Below, piece by piece: positions 23,101 to 32,748 of a stretch of DNA of 64,000 nt. Under the pieces are notes generated by a model, which was given only the letters and a program-made list of their open reading frames with translations, was not told the origin of the DNA and ran no database searches. Position 1 is the stretch's first letter. Every line of letters starts with the position of its first letter. Source of the DNA: Podarcis melisellensis (taxonomy: Eukaryota); NCBI GenBank assembly GCA_964234715.1, contig OZ174280.1; one strand, written 5' to 3'. Made by a program: the position numbers and the translations under genes.

Positions 23101-26100
23101 AGAAGCTGGAACTGAAAGATGGGAGCTCACCCCGCCGCGGGGATTCGAACCGCCGACCATGCGATCCGCAAGCCCTAGGCACTGAGGTTTTACCCACAGC
23201 GCCACCCACGTCCCCTCCTACAACATTCTATAACCCATTCTATAACATTTTTAATGGGCTACAACATTCTATAACCCATTAAAAATGTAACCTTACTTAA
23301 CCAGTTCAGATTTTTATAACTGAACTCTAAACAAGTCTGCAGGCTTATAATGAAACCAATTATGCAGTAAGAAATTTCCTGTTGAAATTTTTGCATATTT
23401 TTCTATTTGGGGTTTTCCATTAAAAGCAGCAGCATATTTAAAAACAGAACTCAGATAGTCTCCTTCCAAATCCATGTAAGCAGCCACCCCATTGCTTTTG
23501 ACCAAACATTGCAGAAGCTGACATCTGTCCACAAAAAAGGGCTTTCAATCCCTTCCCTGTTACAGGTCCCTGCATCTCCTCAAAAAAACCTTTCCAAGGA
23601 GAAAGGTGTGATGTGAGAACATGTGAAAATCATGCAGAGTCACCTTGCGCAAACAAACTTCTGATGCAACACTGAATTCAACCTGCTGTCTAAATTTACT
23701 TTTAACCTTTTTACACTGGATATTTGGGCCCAACAAGATATAAAACATGATTAGAAGATAGGATTGAGCAAGAAAATATCCTCAAGAGGGATAATAGAAA
23801 ACTATAGAATGTCCTTTCCCATATTGCTTCTTCTACATAAAAGGCTGCTACAAACTGAAAAGCGGTAATAAAATGTTGGATTAGCAGCTCACAAACAATC
23901 TGTCTATGGAAAATGTACATCTGTCTCCTGGCTTGTCTTTTGCATCACTTCATGACGACTGCTCAAATGCTATGTTCACTTCTCACGTGTTGGTTACTTC
24001 CAAGACTGGATTATTGCAACGTGCTCTATGTGGGGTTTCCTTTGTGCTTGATACAGAAGCTACAGTTTAGTGTATAATGCCTTGTCAGCATATAACACCT
24101 GTGCTGAGAGATCTGCCCTGGTTGTCAATTTGCTACTGGGTCAAGTTCAAGATGTTACTATCACTTGGGACCAGTTTACTTACGAGATTGCCCTACCCAA
24201 TATGTGTCCTCTTGATCGCTTTGATCGGCAGAATTGACACTAATACAGATGCCACATAATATCTGTTCTGCATTTGTATGAACTTGATCAGGCTTAGTGA
24301 GGCAGTGCGTACACTTTGGAACTCCCTGCCTATTGAGATCAAGAAGGCGTCTTCATTGTATTCTTTTCAGTGCTTGCTAAAAACATTCCTGTTTAGAGAA
24401 GTTCACCCAGATGCTTAGAAATCTGAGGGAGTTTTATTCTGTTTCAGCATTTTAACTTTTGTAATTTAACTTAAAGTAAGGTAGTAGATTTTTCTTTATT
24501 TTACTGTTTTAGCTTTTGTAAACTGTTTTTGAATTTTCTAAACAATCAAATGGTGTATAGATTTTATTAAATAAATACATAGAGTGGTTGTGGTTTTTTT
24601 TTAAAGGGAGGTAAGGGCCAAAGCTCGGCAGCAGACCCATGGTATCTCAATAGTAGGAAAAAACTACTGCCTAAAGCCTTGGGGGCAGCCACTGACAGTT
24701 ACTAAAGACAATACTGTTCTATGGATACATGTTCTGACTCATTACAGCATATCTTCCTGAGTAAAAAACCCTGCCAGCTACCACTTTTTAACTATCTAAC
24801 GTTTGGTTCATTTCAAAACTATATTCCTTTTATTAATATGAATATTCTGTTTTTAAAAAGCAAATACTGACTGATTCAGAAAGACTCCTTCCACTCCTAT
24901 TTAAGATAGCTCTCCCACAAACAGAATCCCTATATACAACACATGTGGTGCAGTTTCAAAAGTGGTTTGTATTGCAGATCTAATTACTGTTTCTAGGGAT
25001 AGAGGCACAAGACCACCCAGCAACTCTGCTGCATGAACTCAACCACTACGTGCACATAAACACTGGTATATCATAATTATGTATAGAATAGAATAGAATA
25101 CAATACAATACTAAACACTTGCTTTGACAAGTACACTTAAGAGCTGACCACAAGGTAAAAACATACTTACAATCATTATTTGGAGGAGCAACTTTCTTAG
25201 GCTCTGGTTGATCTGCAAAAGTAAGATTTTTTTAAATGTTTTTTGTCACAAAGATAGGCAATTTAAATAAATGGTTGTTCCAGAAGTGCAAAATGCAACT
25301 TGTCCAATGCATTTTAGCATGTTTTTGAAATTTCAGGGAATAGGTCATCTAAACAAGGAAAAATCTTATATGTTTAACACTTGGTTAGTATAGTCAGGGG
25401 GAAAAAATGCAAAGTACTTCCATTTATCAGATAAACTGTTCAAGGTTTAATAAGGCACGCAGGTTTAAACACACTATTACGGATGTCCAGGTCACTAAAA
25501 CATAACTAACAAACATTTAGCTGTATTATTAGTAATTTGACACTAAAGCTAATGATGCTTCTGTAACAAAAACTGAAAAGACCACCATTGTGAGAAATAA
25601 TCATTTTACAATTATATCTGACAACGACCACAATACTAAATAGAAAATCAAAATTTAAGATTCAACCAACACATAGCAATACAATCTCAATCTGGGAACT
25701 GTCATACAGACTTCCTAACCAAATACTGAAAATTTCACGGCATAAGACGTCAAAACAGCAGATTCAAAGCCACTACCATCACTACCATCCAAATCCGTTT
25801 AGTATGAGTGAAAGTCGTAGATAACTGATATCTGATAAAAATTACCTCAAATGTTTCCGTCCCACCCCATATTCAGGAATATATGATGAACCACCATTAT
25901 TAAGTGCAGTAAAAGTCAGACACATATTCCAAGAAATATTTGTGTCATCCATTTCAAAAGATCCACTAGTTCATTTCNNNNNNNNNNNNNNNNNNNNNNN
26001 NNNNNNNNNNNNNNNNNNNNNNNNNNNNNNNNNNNNNNNNNNNNNNNNNNNNNNNNNNNNNNNNNNNNNNNNNNNNNNNNNNNNNNNNNNNNNNNNNNNN

Positions 26101-29100
26101 NNNNNNNNNNNNNNNNNNNNNNNNNGCATCATTAGCTCATTTTTGAATATTAAAAACCTCACTAATAATAAAAGGCACTTTAATAAAGTACACAAGTACT
26201 CCTTGTCAAGAGCCTTAGAAATTTTCTGTAAACAAAATTATAATCCATCAAAACCTACATTCTCCTCCAAGGTCAGAAACTGTCTACATGAATTAAAAAA
26301 ATATTACACAATGCTTTGCTTTTAGAAGATAAACATATTAAACCCTGTTAAGCCCACAAAAGCTTTTTAAAATTAAAAAATGCTACAATTTCAGTAACAT
26401 GTTTTAAAAACAAAAGGTTCAAGCAAGTTAGAGGAAGACATTTCTCCATATATTTCAATGCTTGTCTTTTTAAGGAAATAACTACATTTTAAAATGTTGT
26501 GCCTGCACAATGTAACTTATATACCAAACCACCAGGTTTGAAAAAGATTAACAAATGAGCATTCTCCATATAAATTAGAGGAGCTGTTAATCCTCTGTCG
26601 CAAATATTTCAACACTGTGCTTCTGATGCATTTTAAATAATACATATTTTACCTACCTTAGGTTTTTAGTTATGTCTAAAAGATCATATCCATGTTGAAG
26701 ATGGACTATTCTACCTTCTAACCATGATTAAAGTAATGCAGAAAGGCTAAACTAACTCATGCACTCACACACACACTATCAGTTTATACTTTTTAGAATT
26801 GAATATATTAGCATCTTATATACTGATTGACAGCATACCTCCATCTTCAAGAGGTCTTTTTTGTCCTCCATAACTGTAATCATTTGAATTCACAGATGTT
26901 CCAGATTCATTTCCAATTTTTGCTGCAATCTGAAAGAAAAGCAAAGGCAAGCAAGTCAAGTCTTTTTTTTTTTTACTATGTTGTAAAAAGTAATGTGTCA
27001 AAGAATGATTTTTTTTACACTTGCTGTAACAGATACCTTACATCATACATTAATATGTTGTCAAGCATTAAATTACACTAAACACAAGTTGTCTAACTAT
27101 GATTTTTGCTCTGGGAGGCCACCATTTGAAGATCAGGGCAAACCTTTATATTAAGAGAAGAACAACTGGTGTCAGCTTAACTGGAAGAATCAGACATTCA
27201 AGTCTTGATATACAACAGCAACCAATTATGTTATCAGAAGTTAGTGTGCTTGCTTGTGGCAGGCACAAACACGCAAGCAATTTCTTATAGAACCTCATAC
27301 CATATAGAAGCTAACAGTGAATTGCTTGCTATTTTGCCCAAATGATTAATTTAAAGGGAACTGGCTTTTAAAACAATAGTGAGGGTGTCTGCCTAAAGTC
27401 AAAGTGCAGTGTTATAAATGCTCCTCCTTCTCCAAGGTGTAAACTGGCCCCAAGCCAGTGTATAGATACTTCATATAGTAATTGCAGTAAATCTTCCAAA
27501 GGTTAATGTCAGCGAAGATCTTTTTGAAATATCAAGCAGTACTGTGCATGTGCTTAGACCAGTGCTTGGATTTAGTATGGGATTGATGGTGGTTATAAAC
27601 TGCAGTTGAACACTGACAAATTAAAACTCTGATTTGTAGATGCCCATGCCTGGAGACTTAGGTATACAGCCTATGCTACATTCTCCTTGAAAGAAGGGAT
27701 GCAATTTCGGGGTATTCTTTGATCTAGCATTGTCACAAGAGGCACAGGGTAGCATGAGCGACACAAAGTGTCTTTTTAAAAGCTATAACTGTTCCTTGAC
27801 ATGGATAGTCTGACCATAGTGACCCATGCTCTGGTGACCCACTGACTGGGTTACTGTAATGCGCCGTGCATGGTTCTATCCCTTGAAGACAATCCAGAAA
27901 CTTAAGTTAGGGCAGAATGTAGCTGCTCTCTCTCTCTTTACTGGACAGACGGAATGACACCACAGTGATTCTAAGAGTTATATTAGTGGTTTATTCACTT
28001 CAAAACACAATTCAAAGTGCTGATCTTTTCAACTCTAAGCAGCTCATCACCAAAATACCTAAAGGAACATATCCACCAATGCCAGGTTGCCAGGGTGTTT
28101 AGATCCTCCAAGGTGGGTTTTCAGTTCTATAACCAGGGCAATTTCCACTATGTGGCGCCATACCTTAGTTGTGCTGCGGTAAAGCCTTTGCTGTGGTGGC
28201 ACTGCATACATGGAATGCTCTCCTAAGACTTATGATTGGAGCTCAAGCAATCATGATTTCAGCACCTGGTCAAAACATACCTATTTGCGTCCAGGTATTT
28301 TAATAAGTTGGTAATTGATCATCTCACTCTATTTTAACTGCCTTATTTGGTTTACCATTTTATTGTTGTATGGTGGATTGTTTATTTTATGTTCTCTACT
28401 CTACCTGAGAATCAATAGATAAAAGGTAGGTAATTAGCATTTTTAATGACTAAAATGAAATTAATTTAAGATCCTGTAAATCTGGGTTCTCCTGTTTTAA
28501 AAACAAGAGCTAAAGTCATATTTATTCACAACTAAATGTGTTCAGTGGAACTTTTTCCCATCTAATAGACCCCATTTGAGGAGAACTTACTTTTGAGCGT
28601 GTTTAGAATTGCATTATTTAATATCACAGCCGAAATGAAATACAACTTAATTGGCTCAGGCTTATATTTGAATGTTCCCTTCATCTCCTTCTCCCCTATG
28701 ATTCTCTCTTTATTTTAGTTTGAAAGAAACAAGCCTAACAGTTCAAATCCCATCTCAAAGCAGAAAGAAATTACAGTACAATGTGAAAGACAAGTAGGGA
28801 GTGTGCAAACCCAAGAGTCTTGACAGAGTCATTTATGTAACTCTAAATTATGGCATGTTGCTGTATCTGATCCACCTCAGTGTGCTAGATTTGGGATAGG
28901 AATGAGTTACACATTATACTACTCCAAGCTGCCCTTAATCAAGAATTTTTTGTTGTTGTAAGCATGTATTAAAAGCACTCTCACAACCTTATTGTCTTGT
29001 CTTTAAAATGTACCAACACCTCATTTTCAAGATTATATCTTCAGCCACTAAGAAGATAACTAATCTAAAATAACAGCCATTCTGCATCTAAAAAAATGTG

Positions 29101-30837
29101 TAGAATGGTTCATCTATTAGTGTATATGAAAGAGTGCAGCTATAAAGAATCCACGTCTTTCTCTTTTAATAAACGAGTATATTCAGTCATCTATGAGGTA
29201 AGGTGGTAGTGTTGGGCCCTGAAAATTTAGCTTCATACTACAGTTTATAAATTATTTTGCCACTTCCTCTCCGTTAACAAAACTACACCAACAATTTACT
29301 GGATTCAGTACTATCCTCCTTGCCTTACCTCACCCACTTGCAAAGAAGAGGACTGTGATCCTGTCTTGCTAGAGCTTTCAGTTTGTATGAAACGTTTGAA
29401 CAAAGATATTGGCAACTGCTGAAGGCAAAGAACTCTTAACCAAATGCTTCTTAATTCTCTTTGCTTTTATAAATTAGTAAGATATGTGGTTCCTAGATCA
29501 AACTTTTCTGAATTTGGGCTGGTTGTTACATCTAACTGGTCTAAGTAAGTTGCTAGGAAACAAGAAAGCTTAAGGCAACTAAATAAATGGAAGGGAAGCA
29601 TAGTTGCTAAAAATGGCGGCAATTATCTTCAACAGTCAAGTAGGAAGCCAATTCTTTTTCCCCGACTGCCCCAAACCACACAACCAGGACAGACACTTCA
29701 GTCAGGACTAGTTGACTATTGTATTTCAAATAACCTCTTACAGAATCGAAAGGGAGTCCTTTTTCTGATTTAGAAAATGCTCTTATCTCACCTATACAGC
29801 AGGCGACTGAAAAAAATTAATCTAAAAACTTATGGGGTCATATAAAGTGATATAGAAACAACACCTTCTAATTATTATGTGAACAAGAGGAAAGTAAAGA
29901 GTGGACCAGCTACCTTATTAGGCAACAATTTCTATTTTATAAAAGAGGTGTTTCGGGTTTCTCCGTGTTGTGCGACTGTGTAAAAAAAATAAATTAGGGA
30001 AACCCTGAGCTGTGAGTAAAAGGGAGGACAAAAATATCCCAAGTAAAAAGGCGGAAACTCAAGTCATACAAGAGGCTGCCCCCCCCTTGAGTACGAGCGC
30101 TAATTCCTCCCTCATCCTGTGCAATGGAAACTATTCCATCAAACGATGAAAATCGCTACAAGTACAGGCATTGTACGCGGGGAAGGAAGGAGACGGTCCT
30201 CGTGGACGAAGAGCGAGCGAGGTGGAAGTTGGGGGAAATCAGAAATGCCGACCCACCCGCCTCTTTCTCTCTGGGTGCACGTAGAGAGGACGCCGCCATT
30301 ACGGGAAGGCGGCTTGAGAGGGGGGGAAAAGGACCCCGAGGAAGAAATTCCCTCATAATCCGAGGGATGGTGTCTCTCAAATCTCACTTCCCTCCCTCGT
30401 TCCCGTGAGGCGCGAATGGAACCGAGGCGCCACAGGACTTTCTCTTTCCACCCCCTTTTTCTAGTCACTGAGGGAACTACGACGCCCCTGCCCGAAAAGT
30501 CCTCCCGAAGGCCCACGGAACAAAAAACCGCCTCAGCTCCTAACGGAGGGAGCGCCTCTGGCGGCCTACGGGACGGCGGCGGTGGTGGTGGGGCGTGCCC
30601 CGCTCGCCCTTGCGCAGGACGCCGAGCGACGGAGGGGCGAATTGGGCGGCCTGCTTGAAAAAGCCTGGCGGGCCAGGCCGGCCTGGGAAGCGGCACCCAT
30701 TGCCCGGTGCCGACGATACACACCTGCCTAGCCCGTTGCAGCGCGTCTTTAAAAGCATCATTGACTGCCCCGCCACCTCCTCCGCCTCCCCCGGGCGCGC
30801 CCGAAGAAGGAGGGGGTACCGTAGAGTAATCCGCCAT
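5147..30837 (-). CDS. FUBP1: Far upstream element-binding protein 1, whole spliced CDS (20 exons, 641 aa; 661 aa with exon 18a)
   Basis: N-terminus [13 protein letters not shown]...[18 protein letters not shown], four KH domains with GxxG loops (IIGRGGE, VIGKGGE, VIGRNGE, IIGKGGE), Pro/Gly region and Y-motifs. All exons have GT-AG ends and phases sum to 1926 nt. Synteny with DNAJB4 and GIPC2 matches. Confidence 0.97.
5287..5295 (-). CDS. FUBP1: FUBP1 alternative terminal acceptor (GF*)
   Basis: tttctcctcccag|GGT TTT TGA AGC CAT GCA GGA AGC CAC CAC CAT; resembles the recalled rodent tail GFANHARSHHHLY but has an early stop. Confidence 0.55.
   Translation of the reverse strand, partial: GF
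5536..5681 (-). CDS. FUBP1: FUBP1 exon 19 ([49 protein letters not shown])
   Basis: ttctag| ... CAG|gtataa, 146 nt. Confidence 0.95.
5767..5826 (-). CDS. FUBP1: FUBP1 additional cassette exon '18a' ([20 protein letters not shown], extra Y-motif)
   Basis: ttttgcag| ... AAG|gtaatg, 60 nt, phase 1-1, no stop, paralogous peptide to exon 18. Confidence 0.88.
9298..9372 (-). CDS. FUBP1: FUBP1 exon 18 (Y-motif 2, [14 protein letters not shown])
   Basis: gtag| ... G|gtatgt, 75 nt, phase 1-1. Confidence 0.95.
9828..9886 (-). mobile_element. L2-clade LINE extreme 3' end
   Basis: taataataatttattatttgtaccccgcccatctggctgggtttccccagccactc matches the tail of the 35585 element. Confidence 0.75.
11368..11493 (-). 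CDS. FUBP1: FUBP1 exon 17 (Y-motif 1, [16 protein letters not shown])
   Basis: ttcctag| ... AAG|gtaccc, 126 nt, phase 1-1. Confidence 0.94.
11941..12020 (-). CDS. FUBP1: FUBP1 exon 16 ([26 protein letters not shown])
   Basis: ccttag| ... CTG|gtaagg, 80 nt. Confidence 0.95.
12566..12717 (-). CDS. FUBP1: FUBP1 exon 15 (Pro/Gly-rich)
   Basis: [16 protein letters not shown]...; tttcag| ... |gtaagt, 152 nt. Confidence 0.95.
13236..13396 (-). CDS. FUBP1: FUBP1 exon 14 ([21 protein letters not shown]...[10 protein letters not shown]4)
   Basis: tttcag| ... |gtaagt, 161 nt. Confidence 0.95.
13811..13952 (-). CDS. FUBP1: FUBP1 exon 13 ([24 protein letters not shown]...GLIIGK)
   Basis: ctag| ... AAG|gtaata, 142 nt. 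Confidence 0.95.
14084..14123. repeat. Poly(A) 40-mer (U-run in FUBP1 pre-mRNA, intron 12)
   Basis: Directly visible. Confidence 0.95.
14570..14800 (-). mobile_element. Old CR1-like 3' end
   Basis: Minus strand cctgcttgcggtcttcccatagatatctggttg...gatgggctattggtctagtccatcaggg resembles squamate CR1 tails. Confidence 0.4.
15329..15429 (-). CDS. FUBP1: FUBP1 exon 12 ([34 protein letters not shown])
   Basis: ttccag| ... CAG|gttggt, 101 nt. Confidence 0.95.
15521..15623 (-). CDS. FUBP1: FUBP1 exon 11 ([34 protein letters not shown])
   Basis: ttcag| ... G|gtgaac, 103 nt. Confidence 0.95.
15803..15936. mobile_element. hAT-type MITE
   Basis: TIR CAGGCTTCCTCAACCT / AGGTTGAGGAAGCCTG; 8-bp TSD ctgtacac / ctgtaaac. 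Confidence 0.88.
16324..16425 (-). CDS. FUBP1: FUBP1 exon 10 ([34 protein letters not shown])
   Basis: ttttag| ... |gtgagt, 102 nt. Confidence 0.95.
16520..16618 (-). CDS. FUBP1: FUBP1 exon 9 ([33 protein letters not shown])
   Basis: atag| ... |gtaaga, 99 nt. Confidence 0.95.
16705..16867 (-). CDS. FUBP1: FUBP1 exon 8 ([14 protein letters not shown]...[13 protein letters not shown])
   Basis: tttcaag| ... CAG|gtaagc, 163 nt. Confidence 0.95.
17355..17412 (-). CDS. FUBP1: FUBP1 exon 7 ([20 protein letters not shown])
   Basis: ttttatag| ... |gtaagt, 58 nt. Confidence 0.95.
17672..17743 (-). CDS. FUBP1: FUBP1 exon 6 ([24 protein letters not shown])
   Basis: tttcaag| ... G|gtaact, 72 nt. Confidence 0.95.
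17832..17881 (-). CDS. FUBP1: FUBP1 exon 5 ([16 protein letters not shown], start of KH1)
   Basis: ttttcag| ... |gtaagt, 50 nt. Confidence 0.95.
19292..19331 (-). CDS. FUBP1: FUBP1 exon 4 ([14 protein letters not shown])
   Basis: tttag| ... AG|gtagga, 40 nt. Confidence 0.92.
20850..21410 (+). mobile_element. Old CR1-like RT fragments
   Basis: LYLFINDLE remnant and [10 protein letters not shown] remnant near 21320-21370. Confidence 0.45.
21790..21965 (+). mobile_element. Tc1/mariner(pogo)-like terminus followed by a hAT-like end fragment
   Basis: TA|CCGTATTTTTCGCCCTATAGGGCGCACC start; ...GTTTGAGAAACACTG end. Confidence 0.45.
22862..23214 (-). mobile_element. Sauria SINE (tRNA-derived head), lacking the 3' tail
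   Basis: Head GGGACGTGGGTGGCGCTGTGGG, B box GGTTCGAATCC, core GTGCAAGTAGATAAATAGGTAC; flanking direct repeat ctacaacattct at 22847-22858 and 23218-23229. Confidence 0.9.
23960..24577 (+). mobile_element. Degraded L2-clade LINE 3' fragment
   Basis: [11 protein letters not shown] and [21 protein letters not shown] motifs. Confidence 0.75.
25171..25212 (-). CDS. FUBP1: FUBP1 exon 3 ([14 protein letters not shown])
   Basis: ttttgcag| ... |gtaagt, 42 nt, phase 1-1. Confidence 0.92.
25978..26125. other. Assembly gap (148 N) in FUBP1 intron 2
   Basis: Run of n. Confidence 1.
26839..26929 (-). CDS. FUBP1: FUBP1 exon 2 ([30 protein letters not shown])
   Basis: ttcag| ... G|gtatgc, 91 nt. Confidence 0.95.
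27790..28440 (+). mobile_element. Degraded L2-clade LINE 3' fragment
   Basis: VTHALVT..GYCNA and PKYLKEHI remnants. Confidence 0.6.
30724..30837 (-). CDS. FUBP1: FUBP1 exon 1 coding part ([10 protein letters not shown]...QRARQ)
   Basis: ATG at 30837 in context GACATGG; donor CAG|gtgtgt; 114 nt. Confidence 0.96.
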
Positions 30838-31299
30838 GTCCGCTTCGCCGCTTCCTACCGCGCTCTCTGCCTGCCAAGAAAGAAAGAAAATGGCGGCGGG
30901 CGGGAGCCTTTCACATTCCTGCGTCGCATCGTGTTCCACGAGAGGAGGGCGGGGGGGGGTGGGGAGGGGGAGGAGGCGCGCGGCAAAAGCTCGCGAGACG
31001 TCTATGAAAAGGGCATGAGATTTCAAGGCGGGAAGGTAAAAAAAGGGAGGGGGAAAGCTTTTGAAGAGGGAAAAGGGAGGAGATTATCGCGAGATGGGAC
31101 GAATTACAGGCTGAGATTTGCAAATGTGGAAAGGGGAGGGGTTGCGTGCTCCCTTAGGGGGCGGGAGAGGCTCGCGCGATTTCTTCGCGAGCGTGGTGAC
31201 GTTTTAAGCGGGGTGGGCGGCATTACATCTCGCGATAGGTTATCCCCAAAAGTCCTCCCTCTCGCGCGCTTTTTTTAAAACCCCTCCCCCGGGCGTTTT

Positions 31300-31420
31300 G
31301 ACGTTTCTCCAGAGCCGGCGTGTTCGGACAATAGCGGAGGGGAGGCGGCGGCTCTGAGGGAGTTGCCGTCGCGTCTCTCGAGGAGCGCCGTCGTCGCGGC
31401 CTTAGCCTCTGGGCCTGCGA
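31300..31420 (+). other. DNAJB4: Candidate non-coding upstream first exon of DNAJB4 (5' end approximate)
   Basis: Donor CGA|gtgagt at 31421 on the divergent side of the CpG island; matching acceptor ctgttaacgcttttccag at 40332, upstream of the DNAJB4 ATG. Confidence 0.45.
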
Positions 31421-32491
31421 GTGAGTCTGTCAGGGCGGGTGGAGTGAGCGCGACGAGGGCCTGCCTCTCTCGAGGGGCAAGGCGCGTAAAGTAACGGGCT
31501 CGGGCCGCCGTTCGCGGTCGCCTTATATATAGCGACAAACCCAAGCAAAATTAGTGGGCCTGCGAAGCCCAGCTAAAGTTTTGATAAACGTTGTTAAAAC
31601 GAAAGAGAAGCGCACGCCCCTGAAACAAGCATGTAAAGTCCCGGAGAAAACCATGAATGCTGATTTCGTATCTGCCCATAACGTTTATATTAAACCTTTT
31701 CCACCTGCTGTTCCCAAAAAACAAACACGTGTTTTTTTCCTCCAGGCGGTGATGTCTTAAATTTGGATGTGGCGGGGAGGGGAGGGGCAAATGTCTCGTG
31801 GGTTTCTGGTACTGATGCATAGGCCTCAGAAACACTCCAGGGACTAGATGCTATCTGTAAGTAATAACATGTCCTAAGGGGCTTGCATCCGATTCCCACC
31901 CCCAAATTCTGGGAACAGTAGCCTGTGGGTGCTAGAAACCGTAGCTCTGCAAGAGGGTGAACTGCAGTTCCCAGGATTCTTAAGAGGTGGGGATGTGCTT
32001 TTAAGTATATGGTGTGTATTTTCCATGCACCGTCTAATCTAATCCTTTCTAAATGCATTACAGTTATAGCATCTTGGACATTTTGGATCAGACAAACTCC
32101 TCGGGCTATATCCAACTGGAATCCATACTCCCCCCCCCCTTTGTGCTGGACTGAGGGTTGGGGGGACACATGTTTTGGGCGTGGTTTCTGCCTGCACAGT
32201 GATGCTGTGAAACTCCACTTTCAGCCTTTCAAATGTGCTGGTGGATTGAAGTCCCACTGGCAGAATCTCAGCAGTGCAGAGCCCACACAAGCTGACCCTA
32301 TCGCTGCCACATAACAGCAAGCCCAATTTTGGCTTGAGCAGCTCCAGGCCAGTGCAGCAATCTGCCTGACTCCCTACCCTGGCTACCAAGTGTGTAGCAG
32401 GGCTGCAGGTACAACAGGGTCCCTGCTGCTCTCTAAAGTTCCACCAGGCAGTGAGGTGGGTTCAAGGGTTTAAATTGCTTGCAGAGTCTTA

Positions 32492-32748
32492 GGGCTCATC
32501 CACACTTACCTTTGTTCCACATTTCTAGGCACAGGTCCAGTCTTTCTAGGTCTTTTTTTCTTTTTGCTCCAGTGCTTACTCCAAAACTCCCTGCTCTTTG
32601 CTGCTAAACCAGATCAAACAGCAATCTGCAGAAAACCCATATTGCCATTTACTTCAATTTGGCAGTAAAGATCAGGTTTTCCTGGGGAAAGTGGCAGGTG
32701 GACCTGTGCCTAGAAAGTATGGAGCAAAAGGTAAGTGTGGATGAGCTC
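32492..32748. mobile_element. MITE with ~50-bp TIRs, PIF/Harbinger-like
   Basis: GGGCTCATCCACACTTACCTTTG...CTAGGCACAGGTCCA mirrored by TGGACCTGTGCCTAG...GGTAAGTGTGGATGAGCTC; flanks tta / ata. Confidence 0.75.

Larger units (their letters stand above)
30090..31620. promoter_or_regulatory. CpG island / bidirectional FUBP1-DNAJB4 promoter
   Basis: High GC and CpG density; four TCGCGA cores (30991, 31087, 31185, 31230); YY1-like AAAATGGCGGC at 30887-30897; GC boxes; G-tract cluster 30947-30970. Confidence 0.88.

Noticed and set aside
23130-23214. tRNA-like A/B boxes, also in the other three SINEs
   Set aside because: These are SINE heads joined to SINE bodies, not tRNA genes.
25213-26838. Search for the 63-nt alternative exon recalled from mammalian FUBP1 intron 2
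   Set aside because: No convincing match found; part of the intron is an N gap.
30139-31278. Long ORFs of 295 aa (-) and 227 aa (+) at the FUBP1 promoter
   Set aside because: Stop-poor CpG-island ORFs. Only 30724-30837 is real coding sequence, and the rest is low-complexity with no recognisable domain.
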